A stretch of DNA of 64,000 bases from Eledone cirrhosa (GCA_964016885.1 OZ024743.1:269018001-269082000), one strand, 5' to 3'. Positions 47,428-60,586 are shown, counted from the stretch's first letter. Notes: generated by a model from the letters alone, not told the origin. A program made the numbers and translations.

Positions 47428-47793
47428 AAACCGTTTAATAATAATGAACTCGTGAATGAATACTCATTACTATAGCAGAGCTAAAAAGTTCATTACGTGG
47501 AGATTCTACGGGTGTATCTTACAAGGACTTTAGTGCATATTATACATATACATACATACAAACATACATAATATATACATACGTACATACATACATACAT
47601 ACATACATAATATATACATACGTACATACATAATATATACATACGTACATACACACATTGTTGAATACAACATTTTTTTAAATTTTATTTTAATAGCCAT
47701 AATCTTAACGAACACATTTGAAAATGTATCCCCGCAAAATATGCATTATTGAGAAAATTAAGAGATGAAATCATTTGACCCCCCCCCCTCTCC

Positions 47794-47838
<45 letters not shown>

Positions 47839-48072
47839 ATATATATATATATATATGTATATAAAAGGTAAACAGAAATAACACAATTGGTACAGTATAT
47901 GGAAGGTATATATTAGGTTAACGCTTGATATAGCAGGAAGAGGGTCTTAACGTTTCGGACGCTAGTTCTTCATCAAAAGAAAGAATGAGAAATAAAATAG
48001 ATAGAGGGGACGGGCGCGATGGAATTGGAAAAAATGTCTTTAGATAAAGATAACAGGTCCATGTTGACATCT

Positions 48073-48106
<34 letters not shown>

Positions 48107-48281
48107 GAAATGACAGGAGGCTGGATTTGTGTAAATCCTTGAAAGGTTTATTATACTATGATCATTTCAACTACAAAAACAAAGACGGTTGAACTGCTTT
48201 ACGTTGAGTACTCTCTATATTATTGCATTACGATTGACCATACGGAATACACCAGCTCTATACAGTGGTGAACCTCAAACC

Positions 48282-48330
<49 letters not shown>

Positions 48331-48332
<2 letters not shown>

Positions 48333-49496
48333 TCAGTGTGTAGGAAAGGAGTAGGAAGAAATTCCATTTTATGTCCCAAATGCAAAGTATGGGTGCATAA
48401 AAGATGTAGTGGGATCACAGGTAAGCTAACTAAGAATATAGATTTTATATGTGGCCGGTGCTCTGGTGCAATAAGTAGCAGCAAATGCCCACAGAATATT
48501 AGCTCATTCCATTGCCCAGATGGTTCTATAGAAATAGTGGACACCTTCCGTTTCTTGGGTGACAAAATCATCTATGGTGGAGGGTGCTCCGAAAGTACTG
48601 TAGCTAGAGTCCGAACGGGATGGAAAAAGTTACCCACTATTGGCCGCTAAAATGTTCTCTTTAAAAATAAAAAGCAGGCTGTATGATGCCTGCATACGAA
48701 CAGCGATGTTACATGGCAGTGAGACATGGGCCTTGTGTGCAGAGGATCTACGCAGACTGGAGAGGAACGAAGCTTGCATGCTCCCGTTGGATGTGTAATA
48801 GTAATATACGCGAACGGCAAAGCATAAATGAACTAAGTGAGAAATTAGGAATAAGAGGGATCAGATGCTGTTTACTCGAGAGAAGATCTCGTTGGTATGG
48901 TCACGTGATGCGCATGAAAGATGACAGCTGTATAAAAAAAGTGCAGGGCGATCAAAATAGACGGTAGCTACGGAGTAGGCAGACCCAGAAAAACCTGGGA
49001 CAACTTGATAAAATCCGACCTCACACACTTACACCTCTCCAAGACAATGTCACTGGACCGAGATCTTTGGCGCTACGTAGTAATACAGAAGACCCGCCTT
49101 GCCTAAGTACAAAGCGAAACCTACAGTCAGTAGGCACCTTAACCAAAATACATCCTCGTCCCACTACCCCTACCCCCACCGCCATCTACACCACCCCTTT
49201 CGATGTAAAGCTATGTTGGTACCACAACATCCAGTCCTAAATAAATGAGGTCGTGTAGGTGTCACGACAAAAAAACACACAGTCCACGCTGTAATGTCGC
49301 CGTGTAGGTAACACGGTAAAAACCTCCCAGTCCACACTGTAAACGTGGTTGGTGTTAGGAAGGGCATCCAGCCGTAGAAAACCCCCCAGACAGTCCTGAG
49401 CAAGACAACCGATCTTGCCTCAAGTGGGACAATTCCCGTCCAGACCCATGCTAGCGTGGAAAATGGACGTTAAACGATGATGATGATGATGATGAT
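48331..49496 (+). mobile_element. 5'-truncated RTE-clade LINE (frameshifted ORF C-terminus, 3' UTR, (GAT)n tail)
   Basis: VCRKGVGRNSILCPKCKVWVHKRCSG, VDTFRFLGD, AMLHGSETW, RWYGHVMRM, GRPRKTW; stop at 49104-49106. Confidence 0.93.
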
Positions 49497-50047
49497 ATGT
49501 GTGTGTGTGTGTGTTTTGCAAGATGTCTTATCTGAAAACGTCTGCTGAAACAGATATTGTTATACTTTAGGAGGGTCATGCTGCCAATAAAAACACACGT
49601 ATCTGTTAGATTTCACTTTAATGTATTATAAACCCGCTGTCGGCTAGTTTAATAACCCTATCGTTGTTTAGTTAGTGTTGATTGTCAAAGTTCTTTCGCT
49701 ACACATTCTGTGACCTCCTCATTGGCTATTTTTGTTGTTATTTTGTGTCTCTCGTTTGTTCTGCCCTACATCATCTTGGTTTTGTGAGCGATGTACCTTG
49801 ACTGCGCATGCGTTATACCCAGTTTTGTGTGTGTTTGTGTGGTTTTGTTCATTTTAATATATGTATTTGTTTATTTATTTATATGTTTATTTACTTGTCA
49901 TTAGTAGGTTAGTTGTTCTCTGTGTGTGTGTCGAGTTTGTTTTATTAGTTTAGTTCTTGTGTGTCTCTGTATCTCTTTATCTTGTCCTTAGTTACTACAT
50001 TGTAAGATTGTCTTTATTCCACTCATGTGTTCTGTGCCTCAGTCTCA

Positions 50048-50234
50048 GGACCACCAACACGGCCAGTCTGTGGAGCCAACATTACCAGCAACTACAGACT
50101 CTCTCATTTTCTCTCCATGATCAAACACACCATAATTGAAATGTCTTCAGACATGTGACAGCACGGAAGACCTCCTCGGCAGAATAAACGAATGCAATCT
50201 ATCTGGGGACCCAATAGGTAGCATGGATATGGAT
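50048..50234 (+). pseudogene. Penelope-like (PLE) reverse transcriptase fragment
   Basis: GPPTRPVCGANITSNYRLSHFLSMI..[frameshift ~50153] CDSTEDLLGRINECNLSGDPIGSMDMD resembles PLE RT motif 2 to motif A (SxDV). Confidence 0.72.
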
Positions 50235-50256
50235 ACACAAAATAACACCCAAAGTA

Positions 50257-50299
50257 GTCACTGAAGAGGTCACAGAATGTGTGACGAAAGAACTTCGAC
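50257..50299 (+). ncRNA. Hammerhead ribozyme in PLE terminal repeat
   Basis: GUCA CUGAAGA G GUCACA GAAUG UGUGAC GAAA GAAC UU CGAC; inverted copy 49684-49726 retains UGAC at stem I 3' arm. Confidence 0.7.
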
Positions 50300-50961
50300 A
50301 ATCAACAACTAAACAACCTCCGGTTATGAAATTAATAGATTGGGGCTTTACAATAAGTGAACTCCAACAGGTGAATGTATTTTTATTGGCAGCATGGCCC
50401 TCCTAAAGTATAACAATATATATACAGGGTGTCCCCAAAAATGTTTACACACTTCAACACCATTCTAATCAAAGTGTGTATATATTTTGGGGGGACACTG
50501 TATATATACTAATTTAAAGTATCATAACATATACAATATGTATGATGAATATGTTTCTCAGTGAAAAAGCTCAATGGTCTTTTGTGCAGAGCATCAATAT
50601 AATTCAAATTTAAAAAAATTATGTATATAGTCATATATCGGTAAATAAAATTATAGTATTCTGTACACATATATATTAAAAAAACAACAGAATATTTAGG
50701 AAACACCATGTTTTGAGGTGGAAAAATTAAAATTCCTGAAAACACCGTTTCATATATATATATATATATATATATCAATGATATTAATAAATGGAAACTA
50801 TATTTATAACACTATATTTAAATATCTCTTTGCTTATATATATATCTTTCTAATATTTATCATTCATTTTATTATGGTTACATTATACAACTGGATGTAA
50901 GTATTTTCTACTTACTTCGCAATCTCATCTTCTTCCATTCCCCTCGCGTCCGCCGCTCTCT

Positions 50962-51127
50962 GTAGAGGGTTGGACGCCATGCTTTCTAGCATAGTTACGT
51001 CCCTTTACAGTCTGAGTTCAAATCCCGCCGAGGTTAACTTTGCCTTTCATCCTTACGGGGTCGATAAAATAAAGTACCAGTAATGTACTGGGTAATTGCT
51101 GGCCTTGTGCCAAATGTAGAAACAATA
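50962..51127 (+). mobile_element. 5'-truncated SINE A
   Basis: Matches 555-750. Confidence 0.9.
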
Positions 51128-51152
51128 TATATATATATATGTGTATATATAT

Positions 51153-51197
<45 letters not shown>

Positions 51198-51422
51198 TAT
51201 ATACACACACATATATATAGAGAGAGAGAGGGTGGTCACGGGGAATGAGATTGCGAAGTAAGTAGAAAATACATACATCCAGTTGTATATATATGTATAT
51301 ATATATATACATATTTATATGTGTATATATATATACTTTGATAATATTTGTTGAAGTGTGCATACATTTTTTTTGTTGGGTGGGGGGGGGCACCTTTTTA
51401 TACATTTATATATGTATATATG

Positions 51423-51462
<40 letters not shown>

Positions 51463-51480
51463 TACTTATATATATGTATG

Positions 51481-51544
<64 letters not shown>

Positions 51545-52155
51545 TATACTTATATATATGTATATATATATACTTATACTTATATATATATATGTGTATA
51601 TATATATATAGGCCATATAACAATACTTGACGACTTCCTTGTCTTCCTACTGCTCCTCCTCCTCCACCTCCTCCTCCCATCTCTTAATCATTATCTCCCC
51701 TCCTCCTCCCCCTTTATTGTTACATATACACAACTTCCTCTTCCTCCTCCCTCCCACCCCTGCAGCTTCGCCCTCCGAATAAGAAACAAAAGCAATCACA
51801 AAATCTACAAACAAACAAAAACAACTCAAGGCGACAATGCAACAACACCAACATCCAAACAACAACAACAAAAATAAGTAAAACGCTTGTTCGTTGTTGC
51901 TCAAACACAGCCTCTTATCTCTTTACTCTCTTCCTCTCTCTTATAGTATTATCGTGGGTCATGCATGCGTGTGTGTTTGTATGTCACGTGTGTCTATGTG
52001 TAGTGGGTATGCGTGTATGTTTATGCGTTTCTATCAGTGTTTGTCTATGTGTTCCTTTCAGCGGGTGTGTGTGTGTGTGTGTGTTTCTTTAACTGTGTGT
52101 GTGTATATTGTTCAAGATTAAGACAGAGATATAAGTCTTATTAGTTCCACGCTTA

Positions 52156-52189
<34 letters not shown>

Positions 52190-52261
52190 CCTAACTACCT
52201 AACTACCTATATAAAATAACAGGAGGCTGGACTGGTGTAAATCCTTGAAAGGTTTATTATA

Positions 52262-52320
52262 CTCTATGATCATTTCAATGACCGGGTTCCGTATGAATCC
52301 GGTGATATCATCAGGTCGAG
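52262..52320 (-). ncRNA. Hammerhead ribozyme, AUA-triplet / C.C group (weak stem I)
   Basis: Minus: CUGAUGA U AU C ACCGG A UUC AUACG GAA C CCGGU C AU U GAAA UGAUCA UA; partial relative at ~48110-48170. Confidence 0.65.
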
Positions 52321-52923
52321 ATTGACCATACGGAATGACCAATTCTATCCGTGTGGTGAACCAACAAACCTAAATAACTTCCTATATATATATACCAATC
52401 TATCTATCTATATATATATATAGACTATATATTTTATATTATATAACTATATATTATATATATATTGTATGCATTATTATTTTCATCCTTACTGGGTCGA
52501 TAAAATAAAGTACCAGTAATGCACTGGGTAATTGCTGGTCTTGTGCCAAAAGTAGAAACAATTATTATATATATTATATAATATAAACTCTGCATGAGTT
52601 TTGGTTGAAGGTCTCTAATTATAACTTTGGTATTTATATATTACGTATGTGTATATGTTATATATATATATATTATACATTTATTTTATATATTGTATGT
52701 ATTAGTTAACGTTAAGACAGATTTATTACATAATAGTGACACCAATGTACAGCCGTTATTGCAAACATTACAACAGCCACCGCCGCCCATGTGACAACAT
52801 CAGATGTTCACTTAAATATGTGTAGAAGTTCACATGTACCAAATTCGCTATCTTCAATTGGGTAATGACCGAAAGAATATATTATATATGTATATTTCAC
52901 ACACTTATACACACACACACACA

Positions 52924-52967
<44 letters not shown>

Positions 52968-53259
52968 ATGCCGGATTTACCACCACTCTGCTTCGACGTG
53001 CTTAAGCAAAAGGCCCCGTTGGCCAGGGAGGACCCATCTTCCAGCCCACCAAAAAATTTTTATGATGAATTTTTCAAAATGTTTTTCAAATCGCAAACGT
53101 TCAAATGTTATGGGCACGTATTCCTGACTGCCTGTGTAGGCTACAGGGCCTACCTACCTAATTCGTTCAGAGCCCAAGTAAGGGGGCTCATAACTGAACT
53201 AGCACAGGGTCTCATTTGTCCTAAATCTGGCATTGTATTATATATATAATAATAATAAT

Positions 53260-53692
53260 TGGGCCAGCAATTATATCAGTGTATTACTGGTACTTTATTT
53301 TATCGACCCTGTAAGGATGAAAGGCATAGTTAACCTCGGCGGGATTTGAACTCAGACCATAAAGGGCCGTAACTCTTTGCTGCAAAGCATGGCGTCGGAC
53401 CCTCTACCGATACTGCCAATCCACCGATATAGTAATAATGGTTTCTTATATAGGCACAAGGCCAGCAATTTTTTGGCGAGGGGAAAGTCGATAAAACCGA
53501 CCCCAGTGTGTGACTGGTACTTTATTTTATCGACCCTGTAAGGATGACAGGCAAAGTTAACCTCGGCGGGATCTGAACTCAGACCATAAAGGGCCGTAAC
53601 TCTATGCGTCAAAGCATGGCGTCAGACCATAAAGGGCCGTAACTCTATGCTGGAAAGCATGGCGTCCGACCCTCTACCGATACTGCCAATCT
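53260..53692 (-). mobile_element. Two tandem SINE A copies, one with internal duplication
   Basis: TCAGACCATAAAGGGCCGTAACTCTATGC repeated at ~53579 and ~53622. Confidence 0.88.
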
Positions 53693-53806
53693 ATAGTAAT
53701 AATAATCATTTCATTTATTGGCCACAGGACGAATGGTTACTCCTTCATTGCGTTTATTGGTTGGTGACGCGCGTTTCGCTACTGTGACTCCCCCGTTACA
53801 CTCCCT

Positions 53807-53883
<77 letters not shown>

Positions 53884-54181
53884 GATGATCCTGTAAGTAC
53901 ACAGGTGAAACTCGAGATTAACAAACTTATCATTTAGATACAAAAGAGAATATTAATCTCTACTTCGGTATTGAGTACTCAATCTCACTCCCGTCAAACA
54001 TCACACACATACATATACATATATATATATATTTATTTAGATGTCGGTTGATGAAGCTGTTATGCGTAAGTCAGCTGAAGTTGTAATAAAACAAATGGCG
54101 ATTATTTAACTATAAATATATATATGTTGAGTTTCTGTTGTTATGTAAATAGCAAATTAGTTAACAATAAACAACAGTACA

Positions 54182-54256
<75 letters not shown>

Positions 54257-54344
54257 TTATTTATACCTATGCGTCTCTGTGTGTGTTTGTGTATTGTTAT
54301 GTAGGTATATATCATCGTTTTATTGCCCATTCTAGCATGTGTTG

Positions 54345-54377
<33 letters not shown>

Positions 54378-54580
54378 TTATATATATATATATATGTGTA
54401 TATTTTGAATGTCTTCATTTATTAATATTTTGAATAATATATATAGCTATGTAATAAACAACATAAGATAATTATTTCATTTACCAGTGGTTTCTTGAAA
54501 GCAAATAAATCCTGCTGTTTTTATTGAATGTGGATTTGAAAAGGTTTTCAAATCCACATTCAATAAAAACACCAGGATTT

Positions 54581-54640
54581 TTTCATTCTGACGACTGAAA
54601 GCAGATTTATTTGCTTTCAAGAAACCACTGGTAAATGAAA
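54581..54640 (+). ncRNA. Hammerhead ribozyme H3
   Basis: UUUCAUU CUGACGA C UGAAAGCAGA UUUA UUUGCUUUCA A GAAA CCACUGG UA AAUGAAA, within nested inverted repeats ~54405-54785. Confidence 0.83.
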
Positions 54641-54801
54641 TAATTATCTTATGTTGTTTATTACATAGCTAATAAGCTCTGTAATCTACATAGATCACTC
54701 TTTTTTCCTGAACTTTTCCGACGGAATTACTTCATTAATATATATATATATATTATTCAAAATATTAATAAATGAAGACATTCACATAATCAAAATATAT
54801 G

Positions 54802-54863
54802 TTTTATTATATATATTTCGAAGCTACTGTGCTGTATTTACAGTAGGTCCTCGTCAGATAAAA
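54802..54863 (-). ncRNA. Hammerhead ribozyme, AUA-triplet / C.C group
   Basis: Minus: UUUUAU CUGACGA GGA C CUACUGU AAAUACAGC ACAGUAG C UUC GAAA UAUAUA UA AUAAAA. Confidence 0.86.
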
Positions 54864-54915
54864 TACATGAATTGATGTATGACATACCTCAACGGTCTTG
54901 ATGGTTCAATTCCAG

Positions 54916-54949
<34 letters not shown>

Positions 54950-55357
54950 TCTGTAGAAAATGCACACATTTACATAACACGAACAGATACATGTATAGTT
55001 TCGTGGCTGTGGAATTTCGCCCACTAAGACGGTAGAACACTTGTTAGTAAGTATGTGTGCATGTGTAGAAGACTCTTCAAACACCTCGAGAACACATACA
55101 ATTTTATATTGGTAGTACCAGGATAAATTACACCGAATACACTCTGTAAAGTCTTAAGAGGAAGATTTAGCCGTACGAATCATTGAGCGAAATTTGGTCT
55201 GGCCTAATCCGTAACATGGCAGACGGACACGCACACACATACACACATACACACACTTATGTTATTGTGTGTGTTTGCAAATTAGTTAACAACAATGCAA
55301 ACAACACAGTAAAATGAAGAAATATATTAGTCTAACGCTTGATGATAGGAGGAAAAG

Positions 55358-55393
55358 CCTTTACGTTTCGGAGTCTAGTACTTCATCAGAAGA
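55358..55393 (-). ncRNA. Minimal hammerhead motif (ACGU stem III), family H5
   Basis: Minus: UCUU CUGAUGA AGUACUAGACUCC GAAAC GUA AAGG; stem II eroded; relatives at ~6391-6426, ~41431-41460, ~47945-47980. Confidence 0.55.
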
Positions 55394-55422
55394 TAGAATG
55401 CAAAATAAAATATGGAAATAAT

Positions 55423-55570
55423 TGTTTCTACTTTAGGCACAAGGCCAGCAATTACCCAGTGCATTACTGGTACTTTATTTTATCGACCCCGTAAGGATGA
55501 AAGGCAAAGTCAACCTCGGCGGGATTTGAACTCAGATCGTAAAGGGACGTAACTATGCTGGAAAGCATGG
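55423..55570 (-). mobile_element. 5'-truncated SINE A with 18-bp TSD
   Basis: ATAAAATATGGAAATAAT at 55405-55422 and 55571-55588. Confidence 0.93.
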
Positions 55571-55704
55571 ATAAAATATGGAAATAATGATCAATGAATA
55601 CCTCGTGTGTGTGCTCAGAGTGTAAGGTTTATTTTCTGAACAAAGGTGTGGTTAATCCTTCTTCTGACTCACCCACCCACTACACACACACATATATATA
55701 TATT

Positions 55705-55741
<37 letters not shown>

Positions 55742-56070
55742 ATATATATATATATTATATAGTAATAATAATAAATTTGAAAACTAAAATTTGAAGACTA
55801 AAATCCAAAGAGGGCTCGATAAGGATAAATATATATCAAATATATATAAGAACTGTAGATATTATATATATATATGTTATATATATATATATTAGATATA
55901 CATGTATATATATATATTATATATATGTATATTTTATATATATATTATATAATATATATATATATTAATTAAAATTATATATATTTTATTAATTATATAT
56001 TGAGCCCTCTGCCGCTCATATCGAATTTCGTTTTTCGTGAACTCGTGCGCCGATTTTTCGATACTCGATC

Positions 56071-56102
<32 letters not shown>

Positions 56103-56167
56103 TTGATATATATTTATCCTTATCTTCACATTTATTATTATTACTATATTATATATATACTATATTA

Positions 56168-56260
<93 letters not shown>

Positions 56261-56278
56261 ATATATATATACAATATA

Positions 56279-56317
<39 letters not shown>

Positions 56318-56453
56318 GTGTGTATCCCGGGTTCAATCGGGAGTAACCGCAGTAAGGAAGGTGTTATTCAATACAAAGTAGTGTATATAATGTTTAATAT
56401 AGAAATGACTTCTACAGGACTAGAACTGTTTCCTTCGAATGAAACATTTTATT

Positions 56454-56554
<101 letters not shown>

Positions 56555-57097
56555 CAGTTGATCAACAAGATCCAAGACTTCATTTGCTCAAAGAGTGGAG
56601 TGGAGCTTGTCAAATCGGACCGAGGAAACAATGTTTCCATTGGTTTTTCCAATTCCTAATACTATATGTCGGTCGCAACTCCAGACATATATATATGTAT
56701 ATATATAGGAGTGGCTGTGTATAATTATGTGTACATTTATGTTTATACAGGAATATTTGTATGTATTTATGTTTACATATATGTGTGCATATATGTATGT
56801 TTATTAAAAATACTGTGTGTGTGTGTGTGTGTGTTTAACTGAAGTTGATCCAAACGGAGAAAAACGCAACACTAGTATAGTATAAACAGTGAGGTTCTGT
56901 GAGACTGACACTCACAGAGAGAGAGAGAGAGGGAGAGAGAGAGAGAGAGAAAGAAAGAGAGTGTGTGTGTGAGAAAATGTGGTTACAATGTGGGACATGG
57001 TGTTTAGTGTAGTTGTTGTTGTTGTTGTTGTTGTTGGGGTGGCGGGGAGGAACGACCTAGTTACTACAGCCTGTTTTTGTGACGATATTTTTTTTAC

Positions 57098-59040
57098 TGG
57101 TGGTAGTAACAGCGAGCAACTCTGGTATAATTTCTCGTACAGAGGGTTGTGTGAGTGGTGGTGGTAGTAGTGATGTGGGTGGTGGTGGTGGTGGTAGTGA
57201 TGTGAGTGGTGGTGGAGGTAGTAGTGATGTGGGTGGTGGTGGTGGTAGTAGTGATGTGAGTGGTGGTGGTAGTGATGTGGGTGGTGGTGGTGGTAGTAAC
57301 AGCGAGCAACTCTGGTATAATTTCTCGTACAGAGGGTTGTGTGAGTGGTGGTGGTAGTAGTGATGTGGGTGGTGGTGGTGGTGGTAGTGATGTGAGTGGT
57401 GGTGGAGGTAGTAGTGATGTGGGTGGTGGTGGTGGTAGTAGTGATGTGAGTGGTGGTGGTAGTGATGTGGGTGGTGGTGGTGGTAGTAACAGCGAGCAAC
57501 TCTGGTATAATTTCTCGTACAGAGGGTTGTGTGAGTGGTGGTGGTAGTAGTGATGTGGGTGGTGGTGGTGGTGGTAGTGATGTGAGTGGTGGTGGAGGTA
57601 GTAGTGATGTGGGTGGTGGTGGTGGTAGTAGTGATGTGAGTGGTGGTGGTAGTGATGTGGGTGGTGGTGGTGGTGGTGGTAGTGATGTGGGTGGTGGTGG
57701 TGGTGGTAGTGATGTGGGTGGTGGTGGTGGTAGTAACAGCGAGCAACTCTGGTATAATTTCTCGTACAGAGGGTTGTGTGAGTGGTGGTGGTAGTAGTGA
57801 TGTGGGTGGTGGTGGTGGTGGTGATGTGAGTGGTGGTGGTGGTAGTAGTGATGTGGGTGGTGGTGGTGGTGGTGGTAGTGATGTGAGTGGTGGTGGTGGT
57901 GGTAGTGATGTGAGTGGTGGTGGAGGTAGTAGTGATGTGGGTGGTGGTGGTGGTAGTGATGTGAGTGGTGGTGGTAGTAGTGATGTGAGTGGTGGTGGTA
58001 GTGATGTGGGTGGTGGTGGTGGTGGTGGTAGTGATGTGGGTGGTGGTGGTGGTGGTGGTAGTGATGTGAGTGGTGGTGGTAGTGATGTGGGTGGTGGTGG
58101 TGGTGGTAGTAGTGATGTGGGTGGTGGTGGTGGTGATGTGAGTGGTGGTGGTAGTAGTAGTGATGTGGGTGGTGGTGGTGGTAGTAACAGCGAGCAACTC
58201 TGGTATAATTTCTCGTACAGAGGGTTGTGTGAGTGGTGGTGGTAGTAGTGATGTGGGTGGTGGTGGTGGTGGTGGTGGTGGTAGTGATGTGAGTGGTGGT
58301 GGAGGTAGTAGTGATGTGGGTGGTGGTGGTGGTAGTAGTGATGTGGGTGGTGGTGGTGGTGGTGGTGGTAGTGATGTGAGTGGTGGTGGAGGTAGTAGTG
58401 ATGTGGGTGGTGGTGGTGGTGGTAGTAGTGATGTGAGTGGTGGTGGTAGTGATGTGAGTGGTGGTGGTGGTGGTGGTAGTGATGTGAGTGGTGGTGGTGG
58501 TAGTGATGTGAGTGGTGGTGGTGGTGGTGGTAGTGATGTGGGTGGTGGTGGTGATGTGAGTGGTGGTGGTGGTGGTGGTAGTGGTAGTGATGTGAGTGGT
58601 GGTGGAGGTAGTAGTGATGTGGGTGGTGGTGGTAGTGATGTGGGTGGTGGTGGTGGTGGTAGTGATGTGAGTGGTGGTGGTGGTAGTAGTGATGTGAGTG
58701 GTGGTGGTGGTAGTGATGTGAGTGGTGGTGGTGGTGGTAGTAGTGATGTGAGTGGTGGTGGTGGTGGTGGTGGTAGTGATGTGAGTGGTGGTGGTGATGT
58801 GAGTGGTGGTGGTGGTGGTGGTAGTGATGTGAGTGGTGGTGGTGGTAGTAGTGATGTGGGTGGTGGTGGTGGTGGTAGTGATGTGAGTGGTGGTGGTGGT
58901 GGTAGTAGTGATGTGAGTGGTGGTGGTGGTGGTAGTGATGTGAGTGGTGGTGGTGGTGGTAGTGATGTGAGTGGTGGTGGAGGTAGTAGTGATGTGGGTG
59001 GTGGTGGTGGTGGTGGTAGTGATGTGAGTGGTGGTGATGG
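57098..59040. repeat. Hierarchical (GGT)n-AGTGATGT minisatellite with five identical 46-bp inserts
   Basis: Insert starts at 57107, 57297, 57487, 57734, 58185. Confidence 0.95.
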
Positions 59041-59496
59041 TGTTGGTATTGTTGGTGGTGGTGGTGGTGGTCATGATGGTGGGGGTTGTGGTGCTGGTAG
59101 TAATGGTGGTGTTGGTGGTGGTAGAGGTGGTGATGATGGTGGGGTTGTGGTGTTGGTAGTAATGGTGGTGTTGGTGGTGGTGCGGTTGTGGTACTGGTAG
59201 TAATGGTGGTGGGGTGGTGGTAGTGGTGGTGATGAAGGTGGGGTTGTGGTGCTGGTAGTCATGGTGGTGTTGGTGGTGGTAGTAATGGTGATGTTAGTGT
59301 TGTTGGTATTTGTGATAGTGATGATGGTGGTGGTAGTAATAGTGGTGTTGGTGTTGTTATTGGTGGTATTAGTGATGGTGATGGTGTTGGTGGTATTAGT
59401 GATGGTGGTGGTGGCAGTAGTAATAGTAGTCGTAACTTTTAATAAATGCATTGTTTTATATATATATTGGCATACAATAGTAGTTGCAGTTTTAGT

Positions 59497-59676
59497 GGTG
59501 GATTGGCAGTATCGGTAGAGGGTCTGACGCCATGCTTTGCAGCAAAGAGTTACGGCCCTTTATGGTCTGAGTTCAAATCACGCTGAGGTTAACTTTGCCT
59601 TTCACTCTTACGGGGGTCGATAAAATAAAGTACCAGTAATTTGCTGGCCTTGTGCCAAAAGTAGAAACAATTATTA
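59497..59676 (+). mobile_element. SINE A
   Basis: A/B boxes and core as above. Confidence 0.9.
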
Positions 59677-59764
59677 GTAGTAGTATTTGTTCTTGTGGTT
59701 ATATTAAGGTGAATGTTGTTTTATATCTACTACTGCTAACGACTACTACCCGATTCATTATCCC

Positions 59765-59801
<37 letters not shown>

Positions 59802-60152
59802 ATACATATTTATATACATACACGCAATAGAATTATGTGTATACACACTTCAACAGCATTCTAATAAAACTTGGTATACATTTTTTGGGACACCCTGCAT
59901 ATATATCAGGAAAGAACCAGTTTAAAACTAGTTAGACCATAACTCAACAGAGTACTCGATACCTGGTGTATGGGTATATTATAAAGCTAGTTCCTGACTG
60001 TTATATATATATATACTGATCATATATCACAAAACATTATTAATTCCCGTGTTTGGCGTACATAACTTTCTCTAATGACTATGAAATGTACATAACAGTC
60101 GTTATTTAATAAATTGATGAATGGAGATGTAAACCGTGTCTAACATGTACAG

Positions 60153-60232
<80 letters not shown>

Positions 60233-60236
<4 letters not shown>

Positions 60237-60347
60237 GAAAATGTTTAACCCCGACGCCAGAGCTCAAGCCGTTTCGACGGCTATTTCGGTCCAGAAATAG
60301 CCGTCGAAACGGCTTGAGCTCTGCCGTCGGGTTAAACATTTTCATAT
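60233..60347. mobile_element. Palindromic element with HHR 3' halves (family H4)
   Basis: GAAAC GGC UUGAGCUCU GCC GUC GGGUU at 60306-60333, mirrored on the minus strand. Confidence 0.68.
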
Positions 60348-60531
60348 TACCCACTCTACTACTCTAAGTATTGAGTACTCTGGTGCGTTATGGTCCATCT
60401 GGTTCCTTACCACACCTCCTTCGTTATGTATATATATATATATATATATATATTTATGTATATATCATCACCATCACCGTTTTTACAACATATACATATA
60501 TATACGTATATATATATATATATATGTGTGC

Positions 60532-60586
<55 letters not shown>

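Larger units (their letters stand above)
49554..50418. mobile_element. Penelope-like element remnant with inverted HHR-bearing terminal repeats
   Basis: Arms ~49554-49750 and ~50235-50418 are inverted; each carries an HHR copy; RT fragment lies between. Confidence 0.75.

Noticed and set aside
48336-48650. PHD-like Cys/His ORF as a host gene
   Set aside because: Part of the RTE LINE ORF; frameshifted
54045-54092. TTGATGA AGCTG..CAGCT GAA; also CTAATGA..GAAATGTACATA at ~60072 and GAAACGCGCGTC half (minus) at ~53765
   Set aside because: Probably decayed HHR remnants, but too incomplete to call
56912-59200. 720-aa Thr/His/Pro ORF and 352-aa Gly ORF; CRISPR-like regular repeats
   Set aside because: Open frames on both strands arise from GGT repeats; spacers are low-complexity and non-unique, no cas genes, eukaryotic context
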